Assembly: GCF_009914755.1 (NCBI RefSeq)
Contig: NC_060933.1
Source: the human T2T-CHM13v2.0 reference genome, Homo sapiens
DNA length: 64,000 bases
Reading direction: 5' to 3' (one strand)
Shown here: piece after piece, positions 1 to 16,045 of the stretch
Position numbering within the stretch: position 1 is the first letter of the stretch
How the letters are laid out: every line of letters begins with the position of its first letter
The notes under the pieces: model-generated
Told to the model about the DNA's origin: nothing
Seen by the model: only the letters and a program-made list of their open reading frames with translations
Databases searched by the model: none
Program-made: the position numbers and the translations under genes

Positions 1-476
1 ACGTCACACCCCACGGCTACTGCGGCTTTTATGTTTTGTTAGTATTCCACCATATTGTGGCAAGCCTGCAATTCAATTAATATTAAAAATCAATCTGAAT
101 GAGATCATCTCTTAACAGATATCCCACTCTGAAATATCAGGGTGGCTTCTGTTTTGCTTATGTCTTCACTTTGCTTTAAGACAGGTCATAGACTGTGCAT
201 CTCATTAAGCTTCACAGTGACAAGGACATGTTCTGAGCTGGCCAGTGTGTGGCACACACCCAGCCATGCCTGCAGATGTCTGCTGAAAGGCAGCTTTATG
301 ACCACCCTTTTGCTTTGTGTCTGTAGAGCTACGAAAACCGTAGCTCACTGAGACTCAGTTACAAAAACTACCAAATGACAAGCAAGTCAAGGGTTTGAAA
401 TTTTTCCCTCAAGGACATATCTTCTGTGAGGCTTTCAGCTTTCTTAAAAAAATATTTTATTTGAAGATAAAACTCT

Positions 477-889
<413 letters not shown>

Positions 890-1424
890 TCATTTTCACT
901 CATCTCCCCTTTCCCTCTTCAGAGGACCAGATTTGCCTGTCTTCTTTCAAGCAGATGACTGAGTCAATCCCACATTACATATGAGGAAACTGAGGTAAGA
1001 GTGGAAATACCCTGAAAAATCAATTTTCTTCCTCTGTTAAAAGGAGATAACTATTTTTTTTCCATAGAACTGTTGTAAAGGTCAGAGCTAATGTATTCAA
1101 AGTTCCTAGTGAACTACCTAGTTTATACGTATTGAAACAGAGAGAGCTGATGCTGATATTTTGATATTCCAGATTACTTGGTGATATGCCTTATCATATC
1201 ATAGAAGATAATAAATGTTAATTTATACAAGCATTATATATATATTTGCGTATATATACACCCATATTATCTTAAGAAAAGTTAGAACCTTTTTCTCTCT
1301 CTGTACGTTTCTTGCAACTTTATGATATTAAACAAATGGAAGTGTTAGAGGTAACTTCCAATAGGAACAAGGAGAGACCAGGAAAGGGAGGAGAAGTGGC
1401 TACATTTTAAATGACAGGTAACAT

Positions 1425-2213
<789 letters not shown>

Positions 2214-2268
2214 TGGAATTTATATTTCTGACAACTTGCTAGGTGGTGCTCATGCTGCTGGTCTGGGA

Positions 2269-3342
<1,074 letters not shown>

Positions 3343-3540
3343 GGGACCACACTTGTGAAACAATATCCTCTGAGTAGGAGATTCAATTTTTTCCCGTGAC
3401 AATCTTAAGGTCTATTTCAACAAAGGGCCAGATAGTAAATTTACTTTTGTTCTAGAGGCTGTAATGTCTCTGCACAGCTGTTCAACTCAATCACAGGAAA
3501 GCAATCATAGATAAAATGTAAAAAAATGGGTATGGCCAAG

Positions 3541-3851
<311 letters not shown>

Positions 3852-4834
3852 TTATGGCCAAGTTTAATTATTTGGGCCATAGTTTACCAGACTCCTGATT
3901 TAGATGATTAGCAATAGTCCTACAAACTTTGAACTCTGTATATCAAGGCAGTATATAATTAAATAACTGATTTTAATTACTATAGGACTTCAATGAAAGG
4001 AGAGAATGCTATCAGTTGAAATAGTTTTCTGAAGAGAAAATGGGGCCAGAGACTTCAGGAATCAGCAATATATTTACTGTCTGTTAAAGTAATAGCCTTT
4101 TATTACGTGCTAATCAAGTTCTGCTTTATTTCATATGACAAGAGTGGTTTTGAATTAAGTAACTCTCAGACAATTGTTTCAGCAAATGATTTAGTTCTCA
4201 TTTCCATGCTTAAGTATAAGTTCTTTCACTCAAAAAAAAAGAGGAAATCTTTAATTTAGGAATAAAATACAGAGGATTGCTTCAAGTTTTATTTGTTTTC
4301 AAAGCCTAAATTTATAACTTTTATGTTGCCCTTGCCAATGATCATTTGCAGTTACAGTCTGTAGTTTCACATCATTAATAACTAGAAAGAAAAATGGGCT
4401 TTTTATTTGGCTTCAAAGTGGGTGACGAGTTTTGGAGCTTCATCTGCTTGCCGTGTTGCTATTGATGCCAATATATTTGCGACTTCCCACTTGCAATATC
4501 ATTATCAACAGGTAGAGAAAGACATAATGATTTCAATCTCCTTGCTGACAAACACTTCTCTACACTTGTTAAATCACAGATTTAGTTAAAAAAAATGAAA
4601 GGAATATTCCCCATTGGCTGTGAATTTATAAAAATTGCTTTCTTTGACAGACAGTCCTCTGTTTCCTGTCTCAGGGAAAATACACAAAGTATAATGAACA
4701 CCATGGAGGCATTTCCTAAACTTACATCTCATTATTCAATGCAGGGAGCACAGACTCTGAAGAGGGAAACCACAGGGGAAATTACACATACCATTTGTCA
4801 ACTTACATTCCTTTAAGCAAAATGCACCAAATTA

Positions 4835-5208
<374 letters not shown>

Positions 5209-5257
5209 CTAAAAAGTTCTACCTCATGAGTTTGTTTTGCTGGTATGTGTGGAGTCC

Positions 5258-5385
5258 ACCTCTATCTTTCTCAGGCTCTCTCTCTTACTCTATTACTCCC
5301 TCCCTCTTTCCTTCCTTCCTCTCTTTCTTCCACCCTCCCTCTGTCTCTTCCACCCTCCCTCCCTCTCTTCCTCCCTCTCTTCCTG
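5258..5385. repeat. CT-rich polypyrimidine low-complexity tract
   Basis: Degenerate (CCCT/CTCT/TTCC)n run of about 125 bp. Confidence 0.9.
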
Positions 5386-6966
5386 TACATTCTCACCAGC
5401 TACAAACTTTGGACCCTCTTGACAAACGTTTTTGTGTCTTCCATGAGGATGATTACTACTACCTTGTTGCTGATGGTAAGCCACATTTCCTGTCTCCATA
5501 TTGAAGAAATGAAATGGCAGCTTGAAGGCAGCAGGACAGAGATTCGCTGCCAAACAACCAAATCAGCTGTAACTGCCTATTGGTATGGAGGACAGAAGGG
5601 CTCCAGGCTGTACCATCATTGAGATGCAGGAATTCAAGTGAGTCCTCCGTATTCGAACTGGCCTGGAGTTGGTGCTTGGGAGTTGATGGCTACTTCTATA
5701 TATAACTACACAAAGAACTGGCTTAATATTAATGCTCAAGTAAACGAGTCACTAAACAAACAAGAAAAACAAAACCAAACTATGAAATCTGTTGTTAAAA
5801 GTATATTAAAACTTCAGATTGAAAATGATTGAAATCAATTATTAAATATGTTTCAAAAAAAGAAAGCATGCTACATTCATTTAGTTTGTTTTCATAGGTA
5901 ATATCAAACTGCTAAATATCACCTTAATTCAGTCATTGATAAATGTGTGCAATGAGGTGCAGCCCACAAAGCCTTTAATCAGTGTGACCATTCCAATATC
6001 TCATGGCCTTTAATTTTGCTTCTGTTCGGTTATCAACATTGGATGTTATAACATCAGGTGGCATGATGTGTGACATTTGTCTGTCATTCATTCATTCCAT
6101 TATTTATTGAATGCCTATTACAGCACAGAATTTGACATGGGAGTGGGAAAGTAATCGTGAACAATACTAGTAAAATGCCTGCCCTCATGAGGATTATGTT
6201 CCTGTTGTCATGAAGTTGTCATCTACTTCTAGATGATAAACAAGAAACAAATAATCAAAATGCACTCAAAGAATAATAATAAGGGCTTGAGGAAGTTAAA
6301 GCACTTTAAGAAAGTTAAAAAAAAAAAAAACTAGTCATGGGGCAGTGGCTAATTGAGTGGTCAGGGAGGCCTCTTCACAGAGTTCACATTTTGCTGAAAA
6401 CTAAAGAAGATCCAGCCTTGAGAAGATGTGGAAAAGGGAACAGCAAATGCAAAAGCCTGATAGAGGAAGAGCTTTGGATGGTGATATTTCAGCAAGAACA
6501 TCCTCAAGGCTGGAGCAGGGTGAACAGGAGGGAAACCAGTAGCATGTGGAATAGGATCAAATGAGCATTCAACTCTATTTTTCCAGGGATTGGAGAATCA
6601 AATAAGGCCTCCCATGTATGCTGTAAATAACCAAGACTGACCCTCTACATTAAAAGAGAGAGATGTGTCTTTCCTTTTGAATGTTAAAAACAGTTTAAAA
6701 GTCTTTACAAAATTACCAAAGACAAATAATATCACATATATCAAATTTATCCATTTGATTAATAATTTTTAAGATTTTGAAGATTAATAATTTTTTAAAT
6801 TATTTTTATTTCATGATTTTGCATAAAAGTTGTGAGTGAAATAGATACTGTAATTGGAGAAAAGATAAGGAGACAATGTATATGTGTCTATTTGGCAGGG
6901 GGTGGGGACACGTCATAATATATATTTGGTATGCATCCTATCTAGTTTCTAATTAAAACCAAAATT

Positions 6967-7263
<297 letters not shown>

Positions 7264-8043
7264 TTATAATATGACTCACCACAGCAACCCATTTACATCT
7301 TCTGTTACATGGCAACAAGGAACTAAATATTAATCATAAACCCCCAAAGACATTAATCCTAGGATGTAAAGTCACTCCCTAAATCGCTACATCTTTAAGT
7401 TTCATGGGTCCACTCCTTGTCTATGGGTGATCTCTGTTGTAGAATTTGTACCATCCCACTTCCTTGGGCTGCTTCCCTCAGTAAACTCACACATTCACTC
7501 TCTCCAATAAAATCAGAATAATGATGAAGTGGTACCACTTTCTTGCTTCACTGGCAAATAACTATGGAAGCTAAGTGTCTTGTTAAGAACTATATTAGCA
7601 GATCATAATGAGCCCTAGACTTGCTATCTCTTAAACATTGATGAAAGATAAGATGTAAAACTAGCAGTTGCTGACTTGCATTAATAAAGTGTTAAGAAGG
7701 GCGAGAGCCAAGGATTGCCACAGGGAGGAAATTAAGTAACCCGCTTACTGCATTTCCTTGGGCAACTGTAGATAAAATGTTTGGCTTGGGTAAAGAACTG
7801 TTAAAACCTTAAAATAAAATTTAATGACCCCATTTTTTAAAAACTTAATTTTTAATCAGGTTTTTAAACACAGTATAATTCCTTCAGTATGGCAGCTATG
7901 CCATAGAGTTCACTCTATGTAATGTTTTTGTATTTAAAAAAATAGTTTGTATTTAAAAAAATAGTTTGTACTTTAAAAAAATACATAGCTGTATTGACAT
8001 ATAGTTTATATAATGTACATTTTATCCATCTAAAAGTAAAATT

Positions 8044-8268
8044 CAGCCTCCCAAGTACCTGGGATTACAGGCACCTACCACCATGCCTAGCTAATTTTTA
8101 GCTAGCTAATTTTTTAGCTAGCTAATTTTTAGCTAGTATTTTTAGTAGAGACAGGGTTTTGCCATGTTGGCCAGACTTGTCTCGAACTCCTGACCTCAAG
8201 TGATCTGCCCATGTCAGCCTCCCAAAGTGCTGGGATTACAGGTGTGAGCCACCATGCCCAGTCTTTTT
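8044..8268 (-). mobile_element. Partial Alu with triplicated ctagctaatttt linker
   Basis: Left arm plus part of right arm; tandem ctagctaatttt(t)ag copies at about 8087-8135. Confidence 0.9.
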
Positions 8269-8535
8269 TGTGGTTTTGATTTATATTGTTCTAATGACAA
8301 ATAATGTTGATCATCTTCCTATGAGCACACAGGCCAATCTTTGGAAAAATCTTTAGTCACATTCATTGCTCATTTTTAAACTGGGTTATTTGTATTTTTA
8401 TTATTGAGTGGTAAGTGTTCTTTATACATTCTGGATATAATCTCTTATCAGATATATGATTTGCAAATATTTTCTCTCATTCTGTGTGTCGTCTTTTCAG
8501 TTTCTTGGTAGCATCTTTGGAACTACAAAAATTCT

Positions 8536-8823
8536 GGCCACGCGCAGTGGCTCAGGCCTGTAATCCTAGCATTTAGGGAGGCTGAGGTGGGCAGATCACC
8601 TGATGTCAGGGGTCCGAGACAAACCTGGCCAACATGGCGAAACCCCATCTCTACTAAAAATACAAAAATTAACCTGGTGTGGTGGTGCATACCTGTAATC
8701 TCAGCTACTGGGGAGGCTGAGGCATGAAAATTCTTGAACCCAGGAGGCAGAGATTGCAGAGAGCCAAGATCACACCACTGAACTCTAGCCCGGGTGACAG
8801 AGTAAGACTCCACCTCAAAAAAA
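8536..8823 (+). mobile_element. Alu (AluSx-like)
   Basis: Full dimer inside the L1. Confidence 0.95.
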
Positions 8824-9725
8824 ATTTTTTTTTACTTAAAAAAAAAATTCAATTGACAAATAATGACTGTGTGTATTTATGGGATACAATGTGATATATT
8901 CATATATGTATAAATTATAGGAAGTCCAACTTATCTATTTTCTTCTGTTGTTGCTTGTGCTTTTGGTGTCATATCTAAGAAAGCTAAAGTCAAGAAGATT
9001 TTTTCCCCTATGCTCTCTTCTAAGAGTTTTATAATTTTATCTATTAAATTTTAGTATATGATATATTTTTGAGGTAACTTTTTGTATAAAATATGAAGAA
9101 AGGGTCCAGTTTCAGTAGTTAGCATGTGACATCCAGTTTTCCCAGCACCATTTGTTGAAAAGACTATTATTTCCATTGAACAGCCTTGGCATTCTGGTTG
9201 AAAATCAACTGACTATTCATGTAAACATTGATTTCTAGACTCTTAGCTGTATCCCATTGGTCTATATGTCTATCCTTATGCCAGTACAAGTCTGTAATTA
9301 TTACCATAGCTTTGTAGTAAATTTTGAAATAGAGAAGTGTGCATACTCCAAATTTGCTCTTCACTTTTGAGATTACTTTGACTATCAGGAGTCCCTTGCA
9401 TTTCCACATGAATTTTTGGATGGGCTTGTCAATTTCCACAGAAAAGGCTGTTGGGATTTCTATAGAGATGTGGTGACTGTATATCAATTTGGAAAGCCAT
9501 CTTAATAATGTCTGTCTCCCAATCTCTGAACATTGGTGTCTTGTCATTTATTTACTCCTTTTTTTTTTTAACCTTCTTTCAAGTATGTTTTGTAGTTTTA
9601 GGGTATAACTTTTGCTCTTTTTGAATAATTAATTTCTAAGCATTTTATTTTTTGATGCGATTATCAATGGAATTGTCTTAATTTGAAGTGTTCATTGCTA
9701 GAGTACAGAAATACAATTTTTTTTT

Positions 9726-10059
9726 AATTTAAAGGAGTTTAATTGAACAACAAACAGTTCAAGAATCGGGCAGCCTTCCCAGGCAGAGTAGGCTTGGACA
9801 CTCCAGCGCAGTCACGCGGTGGAAGGTTTATGGACAGAAAATGGAAGTGAGGTACAGAAACAGCTGGATTTGGCTACAGCTTGGCATTTGCCTTATCTGA
9901 ACATGGTTTGAACAGTTGGCTACATTTGATTGGCCAAAACTCAGTGATTGGCACAAGTGTAGTCTGTTTACACCTCCACTTGTCACAATATACAGACAAA
10001 CTTTTAGGCCAAACTTAAATATATAAGGAGGCAACTTTAGGCTAAACTTGATTTCAACA
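9726..10059 (-). mobile_element. MER57 LTR truncated at its poly(A) site
   Basis: Reverse complement begins TGTTGAAATCAAGTTTAGCCTAAAG and ends CAATTAAACTCCTTTAAATT followed by an A-run; terminal U5 absent. Confidence 0.85.
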
Positions 10060-10325
10060 CCTGTATTCCAACACTTTGGGAGGCCGAGGCAGGAGGATCA
10101 CTTGAGCCTAGAAGTTAGAGGTCAGCCCAAGCAACATAGTGAGACCTTGTCTCTGCGAAAACAAATTAGCCAGGCATGGTAGCATGTACCTGTAGTCCCA
10201 GCTTATCAGGAGACTGAGGCCAGAGGATCATTTGAGCCCAGGAGTTCAAGGTTGTAGTGAGCTACAAGTGCGCCACTGCACTCCTGGGCAACAGAGCAAG
10301 ACCCTAGCTCAAAAAGAAAAAAATA
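10058..10325 (+). mobile_element. AluJ missing its first ~20 nt
   Basis: AluJ diagnostics (ggaggatcacttgagccc); starts at cacctgta directly against the MER57. Confidence 0.9.
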
Positions 10326-10375
10326 ATGACATAAGCAATTATGTGGAAATAAGGTCATACCTGTCAAAGTAATCA

Positions 10376-10771
<396 letters not shown>

Positions 10772-10949
10772 CTAACACTTCATTACCTCTGAATGGACAT
10801 TAAAAAATGTTTTAATAAATAAAAAAAGATTTAATACTTCAAATTATGGGCACACAAAACTTTGATAAAAATAAAAACAAATTTAGAAATCTATTATTAA
10901 TAGGACAGCATGTTGAGAGACTTTAAAGGAGTTTTTTAAAGTATTTTTA

Positions 10950-11570
10950 AAATATTCTCAAATTTATAGAAGTCTTGGAATTAAAGTACAAAGAACTTTT
11001 GTTTTGCTAAATGATTTGAAAGTTCCTGACCTGACTCCTTATAACCCCTACATACTGTATGTCTTCTATAAACAAGGACTGAATGCAATGAAATTGTAAT
11101 ATAGCTAGCAAAATCAGGAAATCAACATTAATAGATTTCTACCATCCAGCCAACAGACCTATTCAAGTTTTGCCAAGTCAGGATCCAGTTCAGAATCACC
11201 ACTGCACTTATTTCTCACGTCTCTTTCATCTTCAGTCTGGAACAGTTCTTCAGTCTTTCCTTAACTTTCATGACTTTACACTTCTATTACAGGCCAATTA
11301 TTTTGTAGAATTTTCCTTAATTTGAATTTGTTGCTTTAGGATTAGATTCCAATTATGTATTATTGGCAGGAGCATCATAGAAGTGATGCTGTGTTCTTCT
11401 TGCTAGACTATCAGGAGGCACACGATTGCAATTTGTCCTATTACTGATGATGTTCATTTTGGTTACTTGATTAAGGTGGCGCCTGCCAGATTTTTCCACT
11501 GTGAAGTGACTTCCTTTTGTAACTAATGAATAATTTGTGAAGAGCTGCTTTGAAATGACGTAAATATCTG
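10950..11570 (-). mobile_element. Ancient L1MC/ME-type 3' fragment
   Basis: Typical L1MC 3' UTR motifs (cagtctggaacagttc, acttgattaaggtgg, ccactgtgaagt). Confidence 0.6.
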
Positions 11571-11824
11571 TTGATTTGAAAATACAACAAAATTATACTA
11601 TGAATTGAATAATACATCTAAATTAATTTGCATTTTATCAATGACAACCAGATCCACATACTTTTGCAAAACAGTTGCTGGTGTGTGTGCGCAACAGGTT
11701 GTTGACTTAGGCAATGTGTGGAATGTTTTGGATTCCTAGACCCCAGGCAGTAGCTCCAAGACAGGTTTGAACTTTCAAGTAAGACAAACTTAGTTTTGAT
11801 TTCTAGTTGTACACTTAGAAGCTA

Positions 11825-12212
11825 TGGATGGTAGATTCTTTGTTGGGGAAAATGGCAGCAATTGTCACTCCCTGTGTCCACCCCTTTGGTTGTCCCCTTC
11901 CATACTGGCTGGCCATGCCCTTGTGACCTGCTTTGGCCAATGGGAGAATAGCAAATATGACATAAGTGAGACATGGGAAGTTCTTGTGTTGTTGCCCTTG
12001 TGCTGCTTTTGAAACTCAACCCCTATGTTCAAGCTCTCCTGGATAATGAGACTTGTGGTCGCATTCCCATTACCCAGCTGACGATGAGCTCCTCCTGTCC
12101 CTAAAATATGAGGCCCCTTAGCCATCCAGCCCCCTTCCCGTTATTGAGAAACAAGTATTACCTGTTTGAAATCATAAACGGGTGGTTTATGATGCAGCAA
12201 AAACTAACTTAC
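11825..12212 (+). mobile_element. MLT1-type MaLR LTR (degenerate)
   Basis: tgtgacctgctttggccaatggg core; ends ...gcagcaaaaactaacttacataca. Confidence 0.6.
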
Positions 12213-12219
12213 ATACAAC

Positions 12220-12370
12220 ATGACCTCATGTGGGTTTCTTAATTTCTCTGAGTCTCAGCTTTCTCATCTATAGATTGGAGATAAGGCAATCAACCTCGCT
12301 ATTTAGAGGATTAAATGAGAAAATATATGCGAAGTGCTTGGCATAGCATAAATACTCAACACATATGGTA
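12220..12370 (+). mobile_element. MIR
   Basis: tctctgagtctcagctttctcatct...gaggattaaatgag...aagtgcttggca core. Confidence 0.75.
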
Positions 12371-12507
12371 ATTTTTTAAAAACCCTCTATATTAGTCCCT
12401 TTTAATTAAAATTTTAATTAAAACAAAAGAAAAACAAAACAAAACAAAAACCTCTGCTGGGTAGACTAGGGGCAGCCCTCAGGCTAGATGCACTGATTTA
12501 GTACTTT

Positions 12508-13569
12508 TAATAGTGGCAGGAGTCAGACAAGCCCCTAGGCAGATAGTGGCATGTCCCCAATGAAATCCAACTTTCAAACCAAAGGCAGTTTAAAGCCCGA
12601 AAGCTAAGCTACAAGTCTTGTATAAATCCATGGACCGAGCTGAGAACATCTCTTCCTGTTGGTGCACTTTCCTCTGACTGATCCCCACCCTTCACTTACT
12701 TTACATATATCTACCCTTCCCTAAGTGGTTTTCTGCACTGTCATGCCACCTTTGAATGGTTCCTTTGTTTTAGCCTTTTTTGCATACTCGTAAACCAATC
12801 AGCATGCAGTCCCCACTTCTGAGCCCATAAAAGCCCCGGACCCAGCCACGCTGGGAGAGAGACCACCGGACTTCAGGTCAGGGACCACCCTCGCATCCCC
12901 TCTCCGCTGAGAGCTGTTTCATTGCTTCATAAAACTCTTCTCCACCCTTTTCACCCTTCCATTGTCAGCAAAGGGTACGAAGAAGGCAGTAACACCATAG
13001 CCCTCCACCCCTCCCCCACTATCTGTGCCCAGTGGCAGACCCTTGCCATGAGAGGCAGTGCAGGGCCAGGCCAGCCAGGGAGCCTCTGGTAGGAGCAGGC
13101 AACAGGACTGACAGAGTTGTTAACACACCCCCCATTCATTGTTAACATGCCCCTGTTTGTCAGGCTGCTGACCGTGGGACTAAAAGAGCTGTTAGCATGG
13201 CTGTAACATCCCCTCTGGGGCTTCAGAGTCGAGTGCTTTCCTGTTTGGGCACCACCAAGTTCCCTTCATCTGCATGCCAGAGTTCACCCCTGGAGTCACT
13301 TCCGACAGGCCTGATCCAGCTGCAGGCCCCAAAGGGAGCCTGCTCTTGTGCCAGCACTTGGAGTTGCTGGCAAGATGAGGCACTCACTTGATCACACACA
13401 CCCTCCTACTGGGGCTGAGCATGCAGTCTCAGTGGCTGCAGGATCCCCACCAGAGTGCAAGCCCAAGTGGGCAGGGCACCTCCTGCCTGGGGCAGAGCTA
13501 GGCATGGGCAGGGGCATCACCAGCCAGAAGTCTGCAGTTGGAAAAGTGTCCGAGAAAATTCCTGCGTCA
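12508..13569 (+). mobile_element. ERV1 solo LTR of the LTR27/LTR28/MER52 group
   Basis: Starts t(a)atagtggcaggag, ends aaattcctgcgtca; perfect 4-bp TSD CTTT. Confidence 0.8.
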
Positions 13570-13671
13570 CTTTGGAAGCAGTCTTCCTATCCTAGAATGC
13601 CAGAGGGCAAGCATCTGAAAGATCTGGAAGGATGAGGCAGCAAAGGCCAAGATGTGAATGTACACTGCCCC

Positions 13672-14289
13672 TGTCAGAGGTGATCGAACGAGAGCGATTC
13701 CATCTTGAATAGGGGCTGGGTAAAATAAGGCTGAGACCTGCGAGGCTGCATTCCCACTAGCTTAGGCATTCTAAGTCAGGATGAGATAGAAAGTCCGCAC
13801 AAGATACAGGTCACAAAGACCTTGCTGATAAAACAGGATGCAGTAAAGGAGCCAGCCAAAACCAAGATGGTGACGAAAGTGACCTCTGGTCATCCTCACT
13901 GCTCATTATATGCTAATTATAATGCATTTCCATGCTAAATGACACTCCTGCCAGTGCCAGGACAGTCTACAAATGCCATGGCAACATCAGGAAGTTACCC
14001 TATAGGGTCTAAAAAGGGTAGGAACCCTCAGTTGCAGGAATTGCCCACCCCTTTCCCGGAAAACTCATGAATAATCCACCCTTTGTTTAGCATATGATCA
14101 AGAAATAACTGTAAGTATAGTCAGTCGAGCAGCTCATGCCGCTGCTCTGCCTATGGAGTAAACATTCTTTCATTCCTTTACTTTCTTAATAAGCTTGCTT
14201 TCACTTTATGGACTTGCCCCAAATTCCTTCTTGCAGGAGGTCCAAGAACCCTCTCTTGGGGTCTGGATAGGGACCCTTTTCCAGTAACA
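13672..14289 (+). mobile_element. MER41 (MER41B-like) solo LTR
   Basis: tgtcagagg...ccatcttgaataggggctgggtaaaat...ccagtaaca; TSD about (c/t)ccc. Confidence 0.9.
14053..14061. promoter_or_regulatory. GAS (STAT) motif TTCCCGGAA in MER41
   Basis: Perfect TTCNNNGAA; the tandem upstream site at 14032-14040 reads TTGCAGGAA (degenerate). Confidence 0.6.
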
Positions 14290-14859
14290 TCCCCATCACA
14301 GCCCTAATCACTAGGGGACCCTCTAGGCTCTTCCTGCCCTCCCCAGACTGTCTCCCTTAAACATGCTGGATGCAGGGGTGCATCAGTGACTCTGCTGGTG
14401 CCTCCAGGAAAATAAAGTGTGGACCTCTGTGGACAAGAAACAACCCAAAGTAAAGACGACTCCTCACAGGCAGGATGGATATCCACTTGTATGTATGTCG
14501 GTGTGCTGGGGCCCGGAGGCTCCTAATAACAATGTTACCGCTGCTTCACGTGGAAGAAAGCTGAGGCTCAGAGAGATTAAGGAACTTGTCCAGGGCCATA
14601 CCGGAGTCCAGGCCCGTGTGCTGTCATGGTCTGAGGTTTGGACTCCAACCGTTTAAGGAGCTGGGATAGAACTGGGGAGGGAGTGTGGTGGGTGGGAACA
14701 GCGGGCAGATAGATGCTGGCTGGTCTCCAAGGGGCCTAAGTTCTGCCAGAGGGACAACAGGTGAGGAAAACAGGCCTCGGGGTGGATGAGTGAATCTTCA
14801 GAGGATAGACGCAGACCCGGAGGGCCGTGAAAGGTGACAGGGTTATTACAGTCTTGGTT

Positions 14860-15466
14860 GCATAAGGGGGTAACTAGCGGTTTCTCGGCTGAAAAAGAGG
14901 AGGGGGGCTAGAGCTTCCCCCCTCCAACCGCGGAGCACGCAGCCGCTCAGCAGGCTGCCACACAGGGTCCCCCACCTCCGCAGCTGGGGGACCTGAACTC
15001 GCCAATAGGAGGTTCCTCCTGCACGCGCGGCTTCACCCTCCCTCCAGGGCTCCCGTTGCATTTCACTCCCTGCCTAAGGTCGCCCGCCGGTGAGGGCGGA
15101 GGAGGAAGAACTGCAGCTCCTGAGGACAGAATCTGCTTCAAGGCACCCTGACCGGCGCCCAACCCCACCCCGGCTGCGGCCCGCCGCCCTGATCCCCATC
15201 GCGCTGCACGGTCTTCCCTTCCAACACCGAGGGCGCTGCAAGGACGCCCTGTCCCTGCCACTCATTCATATTAATGACTCCTCCCCCCATGCTTTCCTCA
15301 GGTGAGTTCCGACCGCTCTGCCCGAAACATTTTCATCCCACACTCTTACGGCCACCTCTCCCCAAGTTCCCTTCCGTCTGGGCAAATCTTGTCCTTTACC
15401 CGGCACTGGGGTCGCTCCAGAGCTTTCAAACCAGCTTCCCCAGGGCGCTGTGCAGGGCCGGGCCCC
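14860..15466. promoter_or_regulatory. CpG island / promoter-like region
   Basis: GC- and CpG-rich against an AT-rich background; CCAAT at 15002; GC boxes; donor-like sites on + (15090, 15302) and on - (15399). Confidence 0.75.
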
Positions 15467-15700
15467 TACAATTTTTGTATATTGATCTTGTACCTTGCCG
15501 TCAGGCTGAACTTGTTTATTAGTTCCAATAATTTTTTTTAGTGGCATTGTTGGGGTTTTCTATATAAAGGTAATGTCATCTGCAAGTAGAGCTAATTTTA
15601 CCTCTTCCTTTCCAATCTGAATGCCTTTACTTTATTCTTCGTTTAATTATCTTATCTTGGCTAGAACCTCCAATACAATGGTAAATAAAAGAGGTAAATG
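15467..15700 (-). mobile_element. Old L1 fragment, right half of the split L1
   Basis: tacaatttttgtatattgatcttgta...tgtcatctgcaa...cttcctttccaat...ctagaacctccaatac is the L1 ORF2 antisense sequence that follows the 9721 break. Confidence 0.85.
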
Positions 15701-16045
15701 TGCTGCAGTGAGCGCTTAAAGTTTTATGTTGCCTTAGCATCCATTTTTAAATATGTGTTTAACTTTCTCAAACCAGAAGCAGGGTTCAGTCACCCTTGAT
15801 GCAGTTTCCTGTACTATACCCCCAAATGGCTCCAGGTGGTGACCAGAAATAAAAACCTGGAGGCATCTCTGTCTCCTAGCAGGATGGGCTCCCAGCTTTC
15901 CTGCTGCTTCCTCTAAACGACCATTTAAACACTTTTCAGTCACAATGTGACTTCCTAGTACTAGTGCCTGCTTGCTTTAAGCCCATCAATTTAAAGCTCC
16001 CTGTTTATATAATGCCCTGGACCCAATAAAGGCAATGACCTCCGT
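15701..16045 (+). mobile_element. LTR-like fragment, family unresolved
   Basis: TG start, TATA-like tttatataa and AATAAA near 16025. Confidence 0.45.

Larger units (their letters stand above)
7985..9721 (-). mobile_element. Old L1 (L1M-type) ORF2/3' fragment, left half of the split L1
   Basis: Minus ORF 9167-9547 resembles L1 ORF2 (KFMWKCK...YYKAMVI...YWHKDRHIDQW); interrupted by two Alus; ends ...gagtacagaaatacaatt. Confidence 0.9.

Noticed and set aside
14663-14696. Possible G-quadruplex near the CpG island
   Set aside because: Needs loops of 8 nt; marginal and common
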